Positions 1 through 11,719 of a stretch of 64,000 nucleotides of DNA are shown here, one piece after another (within the stretch, counting starts at the first letter, position 1; each line of letters opens with the position of its first letter). The notes beneath the pieces are model-generated. The model was not told the DNA's origin. It saw nothing but the letters and a program-made list of their open reading frames with translations, and did not search any database. Source of the DNA: Eledone cirrhosa (taxonomy: Eukaryota); NCBI GenBank assembly GCA_964016885.1, contig OZ024748.1:41168001-41232000 (forward strand), given 5' to 3'. Made by a program: the position numbers and the translations under genes.

Positions 1-60
1 TAATATATATATATAATATATATAATATATATATATATATATAATATATATAATATATAT

Positions 61-105
<45 letters not shown>

Positions 106-128
106 TATATAATATATATATATATAAT

Positions 129-162
<34 letters not shown>

Positions 163-198
163 ATATATATATATAATATATATATATAATATATATAT

Positions 199-232
<34 letters not shown>

Positions 233-295
233 ATATAATATATATATTATATATATATATTATATATATATATATATATAATATATATATTATAT

Positions 296-329
<34 letters not shown>

Positions 330-332
330 ATA

Positions 333-381
<49 letters not shown>

Positions 382-382
382 A
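1..382. repeat. (TA)n-type microsatellite
   Basis: Pure A/T dinucleotide run with slippage variants, directly visible. Confidence 0.97.
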
Positions 383-582
383 NNNNNNNNNNNNNNNNNN
401 NNNNNNNNNNNNNNNNNNNNNNNNNNNNNNNNNNNNNNNNNNNNNNNNNNNNNNNNNNNNNNNNNNNNNNNNNNNNNNNNNNNNNNNNNNNNNNNNNNNN
501 NNNNNNNNNNNNNNNNNNNNNNNNNNNNNNNNNNNNNNNNNNNNNNNNNNNNNNNNNNNNNNNNNNNNNNNNNNNNNNNNNN
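383..582. other. Assembly gap (200 N)
   Basis: Run of N. Confidence 0.99.
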
Positions 583-1325
583 CGTCGAATATCCAACGTT
601 ATCATGCTTAAGTTGCCAGAGTAAGCCTGATAGTGATGTTGAAGATTTTTTGCTTGGATCTGTGAAAGAATTCTTGTGGTTATTATAGCGAAGTTTAAAT
701 TCTGTCGAGGTGGAACCGACATAGTTAAAAGAATTTAAGTCCGTTTTAACATTACAGTTGTATATTATATTTTTAACTAAGCAATTGTTATTTAAGGACA
801 TTTAGATCTATCTCTACAGTTACATTTGTTTACTTGGATATTATTTATGCTATTATCGGTATTTTGGCTAGGTTTTAAATTCCTATTATTTATTCTATTA
901 ATATTTTGTGCTAAATTTTTGGTGGATGAGTAAGTTAATTTTATAGTATGTCTATTGAAAATTGAGTGATACCTATGTGTTCTAGGGAAGCGATTATCAA
1001 GAGCATTAAAAAATAGTTTAGCGATGTGGGTTTTAATGTTTAGTGAGAAGGGGGGGGGGGCAAACCATATTATATTCCTAGTTCTATTTCTTTTTTGGCT
1101 TTTGGAATTATTGTAATGCTTTCTATTATAATTGTTAAAGTTGTTGCCGTAATTAAAATTGTTGTTATTTTGGTTAGTTTGTCTAATATTATCTATGTAC
1201 ATAATTTTATCACTATATCCTGCTCTAGCTAACGCTTCATTGGGCTTTTACGTCGAAAATACTGGGCTTTTTCGTCGAAAATCTTTTTATTAGATGAGAT
1301 TCTAGAGATACGTTTTTTAAATGGA
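583..1325 (-). mobile_element. Penelope-like retroelement, 3' part of ORF (linker + GIY-YIG endonuclease), frameshifted and 5'-truncated
   Basis: Minus-strand translations: RISRISSNKKIFDEK...NEALARAGY; RNIIWF.PPFSLN.KT...FPRTHRYHSIFNRHTIKLTYS; KCNCRDRSKCP; CLVKNIIYNCNV...YVGSTSTEFKLRYNNHKNSF. These are motifs I recognise from PLE C-terminal GIY-YIG regions. Confidence 0.88.
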
Positions 1326-1572
1326 AGTTGAAGTTGTAAGGTATGTCAAATCTATCTATTTATAAGACTGTTTATATTGTATTTTGTCTGAAGAAGGCAT
1401 ACCATATTTTTAATATGATATCCCTGAAATATATATAATGAAATAAATATGGTTTTATAAATATAGTTTCCATTTATTTAATATCGTAAATATACTCCAA
1501 ATACTTGTTGAGTGCTTTTATATCAGTTATAAATATTTACTCGTTGTCACCCAACAATTTAAATAAAACTTT
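1326..1572 (+). mobile_element. Inverted Penelope-type terminal repeat (pLTR) joined to the truncated 5' end of the PLE
   Basis: Contains a hammerhead motif on the strand opposite the ORF; near-identical sequence recurs at 43660-44110. Inverted 5' pLTRs are a known PLE arrangement. Confidence 0.7.
1380..1445 (+). ncRNA. Minimal type-I hammerhead ribozyme motif
   Basis: TATTTTGT-CTGAAGA-[AGGCATACCATATT..AATATGATATCCCT stem II]-GAAA-TATATA-TA-ATGAAATA; stem I pairs with G-U pairs, stem III is palindromic. Confidence 0.8.
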
Positions 1573-1574
1573 GC

Positions 1575-1597
1575 ATATATATTATATATATATATAC

Positions 1598-1642
<45 letters not shown>

Positions 1643-1726
1643 ATTATATATATATATTATATATATATATTATATATATATATATTATATATATATATAT
1701 TATATATATATATTATATATATATAT

Positions 1727-1758
<32 letters not shown>

Positions 1759-1801
1759 ATATATATATAATATATATATATTATATATATATTATATATA
1801 T

Positions 1802-1832
<31 letters not shown>

Positions 1833-1983
1833 TATATATTATATATATATATATATATAATATATATATATATATATTATATATATATTATATATATATA
1901 TATATTATATATTATATATATATATATATATTATATATTATATATATATATATATTATATATTATATATATATATTATATATT
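1575..1983. repeat. (TA)n-type microsatellite
   Basis: Directly visible. Confidence 0.95.
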
Positions 1984-2323
1984 ATAATATAAGATCAAAA
2001 GATGGTTAAAGGAGTTCAATATATTTTATTATGCGCATTTCAAAAACAAACATCATCAAACAATAATATTTGTGTTTTCATCAGATAAAACAGGAGAACA
2101 TGATATGAAGGCTAAAAAAACACTTGTTGATAGTGCAGTTTTAAATCAACATATATGTTGATTTAAAACTGCACTATCAACAAGTGTTTTTTTAGCCTTC
2201 ATATCATGTTCTCCTGTTTTATCTGATGAAAACACAAATATTATTGTTTGATGATGTTTGTTTTTGAAAGGCGCATAATAAAATATATTGAACTCCTTTA
2301 ACCATCTTTTGATCTTATATTAT
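1984..2323. repeat. 340-bp spacerless palindrome carrying a hammerhead motif in each arm
   Basis: Centre CAACATATATGTTG (2147-2160); arms are reverse complements with one mismatch that I could see (2037/2270). Confidence 0.93.
2217..2283 (+). ncRNA. Minimal type-I hammerhead ribozyme motif (mirror copy at 2024-2090 on minus strand)
   Basis: TTTTAT-CTGATGA-[AAACACAAAT...GTTTGTTTTT]-GAAA-(G/T)GCGCA-TA-ATAAAA. Confidence 0.75.
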
Positions 2324-2417
2324 GCATACTCCAGTCCCACAAACTGTAGAGTGCTTCTTATCCGATATCTGCATTGCTTTATTGTACTACAATAAAACTC
2401 ACCTCCTACATATATAT

Positions 2418-2490
<73 letters not shown>

Positions 2491-2518
2491 ATATATATAT
2501 TATATATATATATATTAT

Positions 2519-2559
<41 letters not shown>

Positions 2560-2560
2560 A

Positions 2561-2960
2561 AGGCACATAGCTTAGTGGTTAGAGCATTGGCCTTGCAATC
2601 GAAAGGTTGTGAGTTCAATTCTCATACCGGGTGATGTGTTGTTTCCTTGAGCAAGACACTTTATTTCACATTGCTCCAGTTTACTCAGCTGTAGAAATGA
2701 GATGGTAGGGACTGGGGTCCCTATCATTCCACTGCAAAGTGGTCGTGGAGGTGCCATGGCAAAAAAAAGCACCCAGCCCACACTGTACAGTGGACGTGTA
2801 GGTGCCACGGAAAAAAGAAGCACCCAGCACGCACTGTAAATGAGGTTGGTGTTAGGAAGGGCATCCAGCTGTAGAAATCAAGCCAGAATCAGTTCCCGTC
2901 CCACCCTTGCAAGCACGGAAAAGCAGACGTAAAATGAAATGAATGATGATGATGATGATA
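2561..2960 (+). mobile_element. tRNA-derived SINE (CORE-like centre, LINE-like 3' tail ending in (GAT)n)
   Basis: A box TAGCTTAGTGG, B box GAGTTCAATTC, CCTTGAGCAAGACACTTTA core-like motif, tail GGAAGGGCATCCAGCTGTAGAAA...(GAT)n. Confidence 0.8.
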
Positions 2961-3071
2961 ATTATAACTTCGTGTACAGATAATTTTACATACACAATAA
3001 CAAAATATAAACAAAGGTATTTGTTTCACGAGGCTAGATAAGGATAAATATATAAGAACCCTAGAGCAAAT

Positions 3072-3099
3072 CCCGAGCAATGCCGGGCCATTCTGCTAG
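3072..3099 (+). mobile_element. Helitron-like 3' terminus
   Basis: Hairpin CCCGAGCAATGCCGGG followed by ...CTGCTAG|T; the same motif occurs at 46140-46167. Confidence 0.6.
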
Positions 3100-3479
3100 T
3101 ATTACATATAGTTAATAAATGAAACAAAACAAATGCAGGAATGCAAAAATAGGTTGAGGCTTGGAGGAGGGTTCAATGTTTGAGACAGAGGTCTTTCATC
3201 AGAAAAGTTTGGATAAGGAGAGAGCAAATAGATATAAATCTAATCGAAGGCATTAGTTAATATCCTACATTCCATTGTTAGAAGTAAAACTCTCAATACA
3301 ATATTGGACTTTTATTCTGAACCTAAAATATTACATCATTGATCCCGTCTCTCTCTCTCTCTCATCCCCTGTCTGTCTGTCTCTCTCTCCCTCTCTCTCT
3401 CTCTCTCAGCCTGTCTCTCAGACTCATCCACCCTCTCTTTCTCTCTCGCTCACTCACACAAATTGTTTCTGATTATCTC

Positions 3480-3925
3480 TACCATCCCCACTCCACCATT
3501 ACACCACCTCCACACACCCACTGCCCCCACCACTACACCACCTCAGCACTCCCACTGCCCCTACCCCCACCACTACACCACCTCCACACAGCCACTGCCC
3601 CCCCACCACAACCACTATACCACCTCCACTGCCCCTACCCCCACCACTACACTCCCACTGCCCCTACCCCCACCACTACACTCCCACTGCCCCTACCCCC
3701 CACCACTACACCACCTCCACACACCCACTGCCCCCCACCACAACCACTATACCACCTCCACTGCCCCCCCACCACAACCACTATACCACCTCCACTGCCC
3801 CCATCCCACTACACCACCTCTGCACCCCCCACCTCCACACTCCCACTATTACACTGCCACCACCACCCAACCGCTACACTCTCACACCCCCTACACCCCC
3901 CAACACATCTCCACCACCCCACCAC
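3480..3925. repeat. C-rich degenerate minisatellite (CCACTGCCCC...CCACCACTACACC)
   Basis: Directly visible repeated motifs. Confidence 0.85.
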
Positions 3926-4128
3926 CAGACAAATGGGTGTATATGAACTGGTTAATGAAGGACTACAATCAGTAGACTGCCAAAAGATTTTGGTTAGTTG
4001 GTATTGGTTAACAGTAAATAGAACCAGGATTGGTAAATATAAATACATTGGCTAGAGGTGGGGAGGGGGTAGTTCTTTCGTTATTCCTGTTCATTATATA
4101 TACACATATATATATATGTATATGTGTA

Positions 4129-4182
<54 letters not shown>

Positions 4183-4547
4183 CATAAACACACACACACA
4201 CATATATATTTATATACACACAGAAACAAACACACTATACACACACATATATATATACACGTCAATAATTATGTATAATCATCTATTCTTTTTTGTGTGC
4301 GTGGGTGGGACAATTCCCCTGAATACACAAACATTTATATATTTTTGATATTTATTCAGGCCATCACTAGCATGAGAAAAGCCCGACATTATTCCTTTTA
4401 AACACCAAACAATCTAAAACTAAACCTGGCTCTATCATAAAAAATTAACTGTTTCTTTTAAACTGTTAATCGAAAAAAAGTTTTACACAAAAATTTTATG
4501 TAAGAACCTTTGTTAAGTTATGTTCCAAACACTCCCAGTTTAATATT

Positions 4548-5240
4548 TATCGGTTGCTCTCCAACAGGTTTGCAATCGAGCCCCTAGCAGTGGTAACTTC
4601 TGGTGTCCTTGGCCCTAGGGCTATCTTCCTACTCACCACCATAGGCGCTGAGCTGGCAACCCCTAGCAGTGGTAACTTCTGGTGTCCTTGGCCCTAGGGC
4701 CACTTTCCTACTCACCACCATAGGCGCTGAGCTGGCAACCCCTAGCAGTGGTAACTTCTGGTGTCCTTGGCCCTAGGGCCACCTTCCTACTCATCACCCT
4801 AGGCGCTGAGCTGGCTACCCCTAGCAGTGGTAACTTCTGGTGTCCTTGGCCCTAGGGCCACTTTCCTACTCACCACCATAGGCGCTGAGCTGGCAACCCC
4901 TAGCAGTGGTAACTTCTGGTGTCCTTGGCCCTAGGGCCACCTTCCTACTCATCACCATAGGCGCTGAGCTGGCAACCCCTAGCAGTGGTAACCTCTGGTG
5001 TCCTTGGCCCTAGGGCCACCTTCCTACTCACCACCATAGGCGCTGAGCTGGCAACCCCTAGCAGTGGTAACTTCTGGTGTCCTTGGCCCTAGGGCCACCT
5101 TCCTACTCATCACCCTAGGCGCTGAGCTGGCTAGCTGCAGGTGTGAGCCTCGCGAGATGGAATGGCTCTTCCAGGGCATTTCCCTCACATTACTCCAGGG
5201 AAACGCCTTCTCCATTCTGTCCACTGGGGCTGTGGGGTGG
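4548..5240 (+). mobile_element. CRE-like non-LTR retrotransposon 3' fragment (restriction-like endonuclease C-terminus)
   Basis: Translates YRLLSNRFAIEPLAVVTSGVLGPRATFLL.T.GAELA...EPREMEWLFQGISLTLLQGNAFSILST, matching the F.P.A.E..G..G...QR.S.A..RGNA pattern; homologous to 19080-19700 and 63390-63865. Confidence 0.7.
4581..5133 (+). repeat. 79-bp minisatellite, 7 copies, inside the CRE-like fragment
   Basis: Units start at 4581, 4660, 4739, 4818, 4897, 4976 and 5055. Confidence 0.95.
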
Positions 5241-5273
5241 CCAGCACGTGGGACCCCATTTGCTCATAATACA

Positions 5274-6368
5274 GAGAGATGGGGAGGGTGAGAGAGATGG
5301 AGGCGATGACAGTGGGAGTTTGGCTCCTCTGTGTCAGGACCTGGTGTACATGTGAGATGGGGGGGGGGGAAGAGAGATGGAGGTGATGACAGTGGGAGTT
5401 TGGCTCCTCTGTGTCAGGACCTGGTGTACATGTGAGATGGGGGGGGGGAGAGATGGAGGTGATGACAGTGGGAGTTTGGCTCCTCTGTGTCAGAACCTGC
5501 TGTACATGAGAGATGGGGAGGGAGAGAGAGATGGAGGTGATCACAGTGGGAGTTTGGCTCCTCTGTGTCAGGACCTGCTGTACATGAGAGAGATGGGGAG
5601 GGTGAGAGAGATGGAGGCGATGACAGTGGGAGTTTGGTTCCTCTGTGTCAGGACCTGGTGTACATGAGAGAGATGGGGAGGGAGAGAGAGATGGAGGTGA
5701 TGACAGTGGGAGTTTGGCTCCTCTGTGTCAGGACCTGGTGTACATGTGAGATGGGGGGGGGGGGAGAGATGGAGGTGATCACAGTGGGAGTTTGGCTCCT
5801 CTGTGTCAGAACCTGCTGTACATGTGAGATGGGGAGGGAGAGAGAGATGGAGGTGATCACAGTGGGAGTTTGGCTCCTCTGTGTCAGGACTTGGTGTACA
5901 TGTGAGATGGGGAGGGTGAGAGAGATGGAGGCGATGACAGTGGGAGTTTGGTTCCTCTGTGTCAGAACCTGGTGTACATGTGAGATGGGGGGGGGGGGGA
6001 GAGATGGAGGTGATCACAGTGGGAGTTTGGCTCCTCTGTGTCAGGACCTGCTGTACATGTGAGATGGGGAGGGAGAGAGAGATGGAGGTGATCACAGTGG
6101 GAGTTTGGCTCCTCTGTGTCAGGACCTGCTGTACATGAGAGATGGGGAGGGAGAGAGAGATGGAGGTGATCACAGTGGGAGTTTGGCTCCTCTGTGTCAG
6201 GACCTGCTGTACATGAGAGATGGGGAGGGAGAGAGAGATGGAGGTGATGACAGTGGGAGTTTGGCTCCTCTGTGTCAGGACCTGCTGTACATGAGAGAGA
6301 TGGGGAGGGTGAGAGAGGTGGAGGTGATCACAGTGGGAGTTTGGCTCCTCTGTGTTCGGACCTGGTGT
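5274..6368. repeat. ~78-bp G-rich minisatellite (~14 copies)
   Basis: Unit GAGATGGGGAGGGAGAGAGAGATGGAGGTGATCACAGTGGGAGTTTGGCTCCTCTGTGTCAGGACCTGCTGTACATGT. Confidence 0.95.
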
Positions 6369-6369
6369 A

Positions 6370-6858
6370 TAATGGTTATGATGGTGATGATGATAATGGT
6401 TATGATGGTTATATTGGGGGGTGATGGTCATAATAATGGTCATGATGATTGTGATAGTGATGGTCATGAAGATGGAGGTGATGATGATGATGGTGATGAT
6501 GGTAATGATGATGATCGCGGTAGTGGTGATGATGATGATGGTAGTGGTGATGATGATGATGATGGTAGTGGTGATGGTGGTAATGATGTTGATGATGGTC
6601 ATGATGGTAATGATGATGATGGCAGTAGTGGTGATAATGATGATGGTGGTGGTGATGGTGGTGGTAGTGGTGATGATGATGATGATGGTGGTGGTGATGG
6701 TGGTAATGATGATGGTGATAGTGGTGATGATGGTGGTAATGATGATGATGGCCATGATGATGATGGTAGTGGTGATGATGGTGGTGGTGGTGGTGATGAT
6801 GATGATGATGGTAATGATGGTGATGGTAGTGATGTGATGATGGTGGTGGTGATGATGA
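6370..6858. repeat. (GAT/GGT)n trinucleotide tract
   Basis: Directly visible. Confidence 0.93.
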
Positions 6859-6886
6859 TATATCTTGAGATCTAACATGACAGCTG

Positions 6887-7819
6887 TTAACCCTGTCATT
6901 ACCATATTTCTAATGAAAGACACTGTCTATGTCATTAACCCTTTCATTACCATATTTCTAATGAAAGTCACTGTCTATGTCATTAACCCTGTCGTTACCA
7001 TATTTCTAAAGAAAGTCACTGTCTATGTCATTAACCCTTTCGTTACCATATTTCTAATGAAAGACACTGTCTATGTCATTAACCCTTTCATTACCATATT
7101 TCTAATGAAAGACAGTCTATGTCATTAACTCTTTCATTACCATATTTCTAATGAAAAACACTGCCTATGTCATTAACTCTTTCATTACCATATTTCTAAT
7201 GAAAGACACTGTGTATGTCATTAACCCTGTCATTACCATATTTCTAATGAAAGACACTGTCTATGTCATTAACCCTGTCGTTACCATATTTCTAAAGAAA
7301 GTCACTGTCTATGTCATTAACCCTTTCGTTACCATATTTCTAGTGAAAGACACTGTCTATGTCAGTAACCCTTCCATTACCATATTTCTAATGAAAGACA
7401 CTGTCTATGTCATTAACCCTTTCATTACCATATTTCTAATGAAAGACACTGTCTATGTCATTAACCCTTTCATTACCATATTTCTAATGAAAAACACTGC
7501 CTATGTCATTAACCATTTCATTACCATATTTCTAATGAAAGACACTGTCTATGTCATTAACCCTTTCATTACCATATTTCTAATGAAAAACACTGCCTAT
7601 GTCATTAACCATTTCATTACCATATTTCTAATGAAAGACACTGTCTATGTCATTAACCCTTTCATTACCATATTTCTAATGAAAGACACTGTGTATGTCA
7701 TTAACCCTTTCATTACCATATTTCTAAAGTAAGTCACTGTCTATGTCATTAACCCTTTCATTACCATATTTCTAATGAAAGACAGTGTCTATGTTGTTTA
7801 ACCCTTTCCTTACCATATA
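6887..7819 (+). repeat. 48-bp minisatellite (~19 copies) beginning TTAA-CCCT
   Basis: Unit TTAACCCTTTCATTACCATATTTCTAATGAAAGACACTGTCTATGTCA. Confidence 0.95.
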
Positions 7820-8239
7820 CTGCTGGAGGTGGGGCAGTGGGGGGGTCATATATTACTGGGGGTGGGGTAGTCATGGGTCAAACACAGGTGAGATGAGTGT
7901 GGCAGTAGAAAGTCATAAACTGATAACAAACATGTAAAACTGGAGAAAATTAATACATTTTAATACAAGACAACTGTGAAACACCATCAGATAAACAAGT
8001 TGATGGTGGTAGTGATGATGGTGGTTGGTGGCGATGGTAGTGGTGATGGCGGTGATGGTAGTGGTGGTGATGGTGGTGGTAGTGGCGGTGAAGTGGTTGT
8101 GGTGGTGGTGGTGGTGATGATGGTGGTGGTGATGATGGTGGTGGTGGCGGCGGAGTGGTGGTGGTGTAGTGTAAAATTAGAACTATTATAACATCAACAG
8201 CTGTGAGGAGTAAACATGACTAGATCACTGGTGACAAGG

Positions 8240-8291
<52 letters not shown>

Positions 8292-8581
8292 TGTGTTACA
8301 TATCAGTGTTGAGAGCAACTGTAGTGGTGGACTTTGGATGGCTCAAGCAGATTCTTACCCCACACACATTCACTCTTTGCCCCTAGACACACACACACAT
8401 TCGCTCCTACAGACACACACACACACATATTTGCTCCTACAGACACACACACACACACACACACACACATATTTGCCCCTAGACATCTTCAATATTCTCC
8501 AGACATAATCTAAATTAGTCATGTGAGAAGAAGCTCCCTAATACTTCATACAACACAGAATGTTGTCAATTATATTAAATA

Positions 8582-9127
8582 CTAGCAGTGGTACTCGGCA
8601 TTGCACGGGATAGGGTATTTTGGAACGCAGGCCGTCAACAGACCTAATCGTAGAAAAACTGCATGCCTGGACAATATGTAAAGAAAATAAACCGAATACT
8701 CTGATGGCTGGATAATCTTTAAGATTTTACTCGATGAAGTAGGAAAAGTGCAGGTTATCACCTAATGCGGGCCCTAGGGGATCAAGAAGATGAATTTTTT
8801 TTTATGTGCATAATATGCCTTGAAAAGCTGAAAAAAATGAAGTTTTTCACCTAATGCGGGCCCTTGGCCATAAAAAGTTGGATTTTCTTTGCTCACGGTA
8901 TGAAGAAGAGACTGACTAATACATAGTTACAATTTCAAGGAAATCGGTCACACGTAACGCCTCAAAAAAAACCTAAAAACTTGAAAAAACGCAGTTTTCA
9001 CCTAATGCAGGCCCTAGGGGATAAAAAAGTTGAATTTTTTTATGTGCCTAACACTCTCTGAAACGTAAGTAATACACATGTAAAGTTTGAAAAAGGTCAG
9101 TTGGGTATTTCTCGAGTTTTAGGGATT

Positions 9128-9166
<39 letters not shown>

Positions 9167-9290
9167 CACTCCCTGAAACATAAATTTTACATGTGTAAAG
9201 TTTGAAAACAGTCGGTTGGGTGTTTCTCGAGTTTTAGGGATTCAAACTCATACACACACAGACAGACATCCTCAGTTTTATATATATAGA
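8582..9290 (-). mobile_element. Non-autonomous Helitron-like element
   Basis: Minus strand starts TCTATATATATAAAACTGAGGATGTCTGTCTG and ends with a hairpin plus CTGCTAG|T; internal CACCTAATGC.GGCCCT occurs three times. Confidence 0.75.
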
Positions 9291-9991
9291 CTAGCTAAAG
9301 TACCCATCCTTTGGACGGTTCAAGTAGCTTTCGATGTAGCTCATTAAACTAAACAAAGTAAATTTGAATACATAGAAGAACAACGTACTTTATGTAAACA
9401 TGAAAACCTTAGGCACTTTTCCATCGAAATAATTAATGTGAGCTCGGTGTCATCCGTTATCCCATGTGACAACAGTAAAAGAGCATTACTTAATGTATGA
9501 ACACCAAGCTTGAAACGATAAATTATACAATGTCAAATCTATAACTTAACTTAGTTATCTGTTAGAAATTGCTGGTTGTGAAATATACAAAATAATATTG
9601 TTAGTCTCAAGGAAGTGTACCTTTTGTTTCAAGTACAAAGAGTAAAGTAAAATCCAAATGAGCCGAATTGTAATAATCAAAATCCCAAAACAAAATTTTT
9701 GACAACATCAAAAATGAGTTCCTATTGTATTGACGAAAGATAACTCTTGTCTTACTTAATCACGAAAATTGACACAATTAACCGAAACGTTTTTTAATGT
9801 CTCCAAAGGCCCCAATACCGATTTTTGAAAGCCTTTGTAGATCATGTACAGGTTTGGTGCAAGGAGAAACTCTGTAAAAAAATTCAAAGAAATCGCATGA
9901 ATGGTTTAGAATATATGAGCCCTCATTAAAAATTGTCCACACACACACAGAGAGAGAGACAGAGAAAACTTCAGCTTTATAAATATACAGA
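9291..9991 (-). mobile_element. Non-autonomous Helitron-like element
   Basis: Minus strand starts TCTGTATATTTATAAAGCTGAAG and ends with CCGTCCAAAGGATGG hairpin plus AGCTAG. Confidence 0.7.
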
Positions 9992-10016
9992 TATATATAT
10001 ATATTATAAGAACAGA

Positions 10017-10519
10017 CTAGCAGAAAACCACCCGGTGGGCGGTTTTCTGCTAGCAAATCTAGTGTATATACTGATATTGTTGAGATTTGGATGAGAAATG
10101 TTTTCGGCACCACATGTTCACCGTCTCTCGGTGTGTCTTTTATGCATGTATAAATATATATGTTATCTATACGGTGAAATCTTTGAAATAAATATATGTT
10201 AAAACGAAAAAGGAGACAAAGAGATTAGTGACGGAAATATAAACGTTATGATACATAAACGTTATGATATAACGATGGAAATATATACACGTTTACGATA
10301 AAACGATGGAAATAGAAACGTTTATATATAATAATAATAAGCCGAAACACTCGTAAGTCGAAACACTCGTAAAGCGAAACGTATAAATAAAGATAAAGAT
10401 TAATGTAATGAATTTGAAAGGCATAGAGATTTGAAACCGCGTCTATTTGTTTCCTTGGCATTTTTTACAGACAGACAAACAAACAAACAGAGAAATGCCC
10501 ATTATATATTATAAGTAGA
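10017..10519 (-). mobile_element. Non-autonomous Helitron-like element
   Basis: Minus strand starts TCTACTTATAATATATAATGGGC...TGTCTGTCTG and ends in the palindrome CTAGCAGAAAACC...GGTTTTCTGCTAG. Confidence 0.6.
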
Positions 10520-10782
10520 CTTGGCATGGTGTCAAGTCAGAACCGCCTCGAACTGGTTACTTCTGGCTTGTGCAAGGTGTCTCTAGAGCAACCAGCGATT
10601 CCCTCGGCCTCAGTGACCAAAGTCAGTGGAGAGGGGAAGGTAATGTTTCTATAGCGACAGTGTTTCTCTTGGTAGTACCAAAGTGGAGAAAGGAAGGGGA
10701 AGGTAATATTTCTGTAGCACCTACATTTGAGTTTTAGGGAAGGACAGACAGACAGACAAACAGAGAAATGCCCATATATTTC

Positions 10783-10827
<45 letters not shown>

Positions 10828-11103
10828 CACACAGAGAAATGTATATATATTTCTGTGTGTGTATATATATATATATATTACACACACAGAAATGTATATA
10901 TATTTCTGTGTGTATATATATATATTTCTGTGTGCGTATATATATATATATTACACACACAGAAATGTATATATATTTCTTAGAACAAAATTATTATTAA
11001 TGTTTTGCTGTTCATAACAATTGGAATCGAAAAATTACTTTTGAAATTATTAGTTATTTTACTAATGCTTAGATATGTAAAAATGAAGCAATGTTTCTAA
11101 TAA

Positions 11104-11292
11104 TTGTTTCTACTTTTGGCACAAGGCCAGCAATTACCCAGTACATTACTGGTACTTTATTTTATCGACCCCGTGAGGATGAAAGGCAAAGTTGACCTCG
11201 GCGGTATTTGAACTCAGACCGTAAAGGGACGTAACTCCATGCTATGAAGCATGGTGTCCGACTCTTTACAGATTCTGCCAATCCACTGCCCT
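11104..11292 (-). mobile_element. tRNA-derived SINE (family A)
   Basis: Minus strand: TGGCAGAATC...GAGTTCAAATACC...GCCTTTCATCCT..CGGGGTCGATAAAATAAAGTACCAG...CTGGCCTTGTGCC; many copies in this window. Confidence 0.88.
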
Positions 11293-11719
11293 AATGTCTG
11301 TACGTAATGAGGGAGTGAGAGGGGAGAGAAAGAAAGGCAGAGGTGAAGTGACGAAGTGACTCTCTCCTCCTCCTCCATCTCCCCATTCGTCACAGCGATA
11401 GAGGGGAGGAATGTTAGTGTGTTACAAAGAGAAAGAGTGAGAGTGAGAGAAACAGACAGACTAAAAGAGAGGGATAGCTGGAGATAGCAACCACGCGCGC
11501 ACGTGTTTCCACTGTCGGACAGACAGACAGAAAAATTGCTGGTTATATATTATAAGGAGATGACATTTTAAAACAACAGAAACAAATGGAAAATTGAGAA
11601 AGAGAAATTGTTTAAAAAAGGATCAATTGACATGGAGAAACGGGGAATTTAAGAAAGGATATTAAATTCTATTTCGTTTTTTAACAAAACATGAATGAAA
11701 GAATTTAATGGGGAATTTA

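Noticed and set aside
2561-2635. tRNA gene
   Set aside because: A/B boxes continue into a SINE body and tail, with no full cloverleaf.
3168-3210. Additional hammerhead on minus strand (CTGATGA-AAGAC..GTCT-CAAA)
   Set aside because: GAAA is broken and stem I does not pair convincingly; at best a decayed relic.
3339-4055. Pro/His/Thr-rich extensin- or mucin-like ORFs
   Set aside because: They are translations of C-rich low-complexity repeats, open in several frames.
5274-6368. 78-bp array as a third CRE-derived repeat (SGSLAPLCQDLL resembles SGVLGP...LL)
   Set aside because: The similarity is too short and weak to support without alignment.
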